In this document: positions 61,545-64,000 of the stretch, one piece after another
Position numbering within the stretch: position 1 is the stretch's first letter
How the letters are laid out: the number at the start of each line of letters is the position of its first letter
NCBI GenBank assembly: GCA_951406725.2
Contig: OX597830.1
Span: forward strand, 62,372,001 to 62,436,000
Length of the DNA stretch: 64,000 nt
Direction: 5' to 3'
From: Octopus vulgaris
Taxonomy: Eukaryota
The notes under the pieces: model-generated
What the model was told of the DNA's origin: nothing
The model's input: the letters and a program-made list of their open reading frames with translations, nothing else
The model's database searches: none
Made by a program: the position numbers and the translations under genes

Positions 61545-61643
61545 AAAACATGTGACCCACAGAAATTGACATTAAGTCAGATGTTTGACATGGCAGGCAC
61601 AGGTTATGACGGTCCACACCTTCAATGTGTTGACGACAATGAT
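61545..61643 (+). CDS. Exon of an unidentified host gene (99 nt, KTCDPQKLTLSQMFDMAGTGYDGPHLQCVDDND)
   Basis: Perfect TACTAAC branch point 61515-61521, T-rich tract ending TTTTCAG, GTAAGT donor at 61644; length divisible by 3 and frame 0 is open. Confidence 0.75.
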
Positions 61644-64000
61644 GTAAGTTATTTTGTTTTCAGTATGTCTGTAGATGAAAGCATGAGTGTGTTGGTTAAG
61701 AGACTCACTTTGCAAACATGTGCTTTGGGGGTTCAGTTCAACTGCACAGCACCTTGGGCAAGTGTCTTCTACTTTATCCCCAGTGGTAGTGGTGGTGGTG
61801 GTGGTGGTAATGGTAGTTGTGGCGGTTATGTTAGTGGTGGTTTTGCAATGGTGGTGGTGGTGGTGGTAGTGACGGTGTTGTCACAGGTGATGATGACGAT
61901 GATGATAACGACAGTGTATTTAGGTCTACATCATCCAAAGTGTCCTTTCCTGTTTCTAAGATGCTACAATACAATATTATGATGATTTAGCTGTTGTTTC
62001 TAGCAAAATGAGTGAACCCCACCACCACCACCACTGCCTCATTTTACAAGCTTGCTTGTTATCTTACCATCTCCACCGTAAACCTGAGCACTGTAATTAG
62101 TACGGAAATTGCATCTTCAAAGAACGTACCAAAGTGAATTTCAATAGAAAGTTATATATAGAGGGCAGTTCAATCACATTCCATTACTGTGAGTCATCGG
62201 GGGAGGGGGGAGATGGCGGTGCGTGTGTGCATATACCAGTGCATGTGTTCCCCCCCACACACACTCTACACACTTATGAATGCACACATATATATTTATA
62301 GATATATATACATATGTACAGGTACAGTATGTATGAATTCATAACTATTGATTAGTTTTTAGATATAACTAGACAAGAAAGATATTTTGTACATATGCAG
62401 ACACATATCACACAACCACACACACATGTACACACATTCAAATATATATATATACATATTTATGTATGTATGTATGTGTGTATACTTGTATGTATGAATA
62501 AAGACTTAATGTTCACTGCATATAGTACAATATATGTGTACATCTAATACAGAAATATATATTCATATATATATATACATACATACATTTATACACATGC
62601 ACATACATGCTCACACAAGTACATGGAGTTTCTCATGTATATTTTTTATACATTTGTACACTGCTATATATATATATATATATGTATGTATCAAAACACA
62701 GAGGTTTGTTTTATTTGATGCAAATGTACACATACACATGTACATATGCACATATGTGTATATGTGTTCATATACATGTGTTCATATACACATATAAATA
62801 TATATGTGTGCAGTTTCAGCTACACATCCACAACTTTATCTACAATTTCATACAGATATATATATATACACACACACAAAGCTATATATATTTATATATA
62901 TATATCTACAATTATTTTAATCATGTTTGTGTTAATTTAGACATGGAAATACATATGCTGCAGAAATTGTCTCAAGAGAAAATATTCTCATTATAGACAA
63001 TATTGGAAAAAAACACACTATTGGGACATGAATGACTACATCAGACCCTAGGATGCATGCATTAATTAATTCCAGCCTGACAAAATTGTGTACACACCAG
63101 CAAATGTACCATTTGCTGTTCTAATATAAGACCAAGCTGTTCTTTGAGACTGTGAAGGACAACTCGGTATCTTTTGTTGATGATGTTCTATGACGCAGAA
63201 ATACATATGTCCAATAGTCCAGTGACACAATCCATAGCCCAATGGTGTTTTTTATGCATGCTGTCTATAAGACTTCTTTTCTCTTGAGACAATTTCTGCC
63301 ATGTCCATGTGTAGACAGACTTGTCAATTATGATTGTGCACACCTATTAGACAGCTGTATTTTGCCCTTCATAAGGAGAAGGTTTCAGAGAGAACTCCTC
63401 TCCAAATGGAACCTCAGTTGTCTGCCACAACCTGTGAAGGAAAGAAGATCATAAATGACAGGGTGGGATTGAGGGGTAGATTGTATTGAGGTGGTTGACT
63501 GACAGAGATGGCTATGTTTGGGGCCAGAGAAGGAGGTTCACCTCACAGTGAATTCTACCCATCTTTGAGGCAAAAATGAGACACATCAGTATCGGTCTGG
63601 TAAAAAGAAAATGATATAAAGAATGAAGATGAAAGCCACAACTCCTCTCAATGACATCAACCTTTAGGAAGGTAGAAAAACTGGTGGTAGTCAAAGTTAG
63701 TGGTGGTGGTGGTGGTGGTGTGGTGGTGGTGGTGGTGGTGGTAGTGGTGGTGGTGGTGGTGGTGGTGGTGGTTGCGGTGGTTGTGGTGGTGGTGGTGGTA
63801 GTAGTAACAGTAGTAGCATTTGTGGATGATGATAGCCTGTGAATGGGGTGGGAGAGCATAAAGTGCTGGGTAGGTGAGGATATGGAATTAAGATCTGAAT
63901 TAGCTAACAACCAATTAGCTAACGAGCAATTTTCAGGTTCTTGGGAATACACAAGTGGAAGATGCATCCAAAGTCTTCATTTATTTGAATGTTGCTTTAA

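Overview
AT-rich, microsatellite-saturated eukaryotic DNA. The repeat inventory (tRNA-headed SINE families, (TA)n/(CA)n/(GATA)n seas, MITEs) looks like an Octopus-type cephalopod genome; this is inferred from recalled repeat families, not from a search. Almost all six-frame ORFs are artefacts of simple repeats or SINEs. Real coding traces: one well-supported 99-nt plus-strand exon (61545-61643, protein unidentified), a possible minus-strand microexon (11953-11980), two decayed DD37D (maT-type Tc1/mariner) transposases and an RTE LINE C-terminus. Repeats: SINE family A (~25 copies), SINE family B (~25 copies, two alternative tails, tandem dimers/trimers), SINEs C/C'/D, Merlin-like MITEs carrying TTAGGG repeats, piggyBac-, hAT- and Tigger-like MITEs, and several fold-back elements. 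Most interesting signal: several distinct short non-coding element families, mostly abutting (TA)n tracts, carry a minimal type-I hammerhead-ribozyme-like fold (stem I, YYGWNGA core, stem II, GAAA, palindromic stem III, GUH). This resembles Penelope-like/retrozyme motifs, often with non-canonical cores. Also seen: a SINE-B tail that matches the 3' end of a (GATA)n-associated retroelement, and a CpG-domain pattern with a candidate E2F promoter near 49.2-49.8 kb. Family letters are my own labels, and element boundaries are approximate unless a TSD or TIR is quoted.
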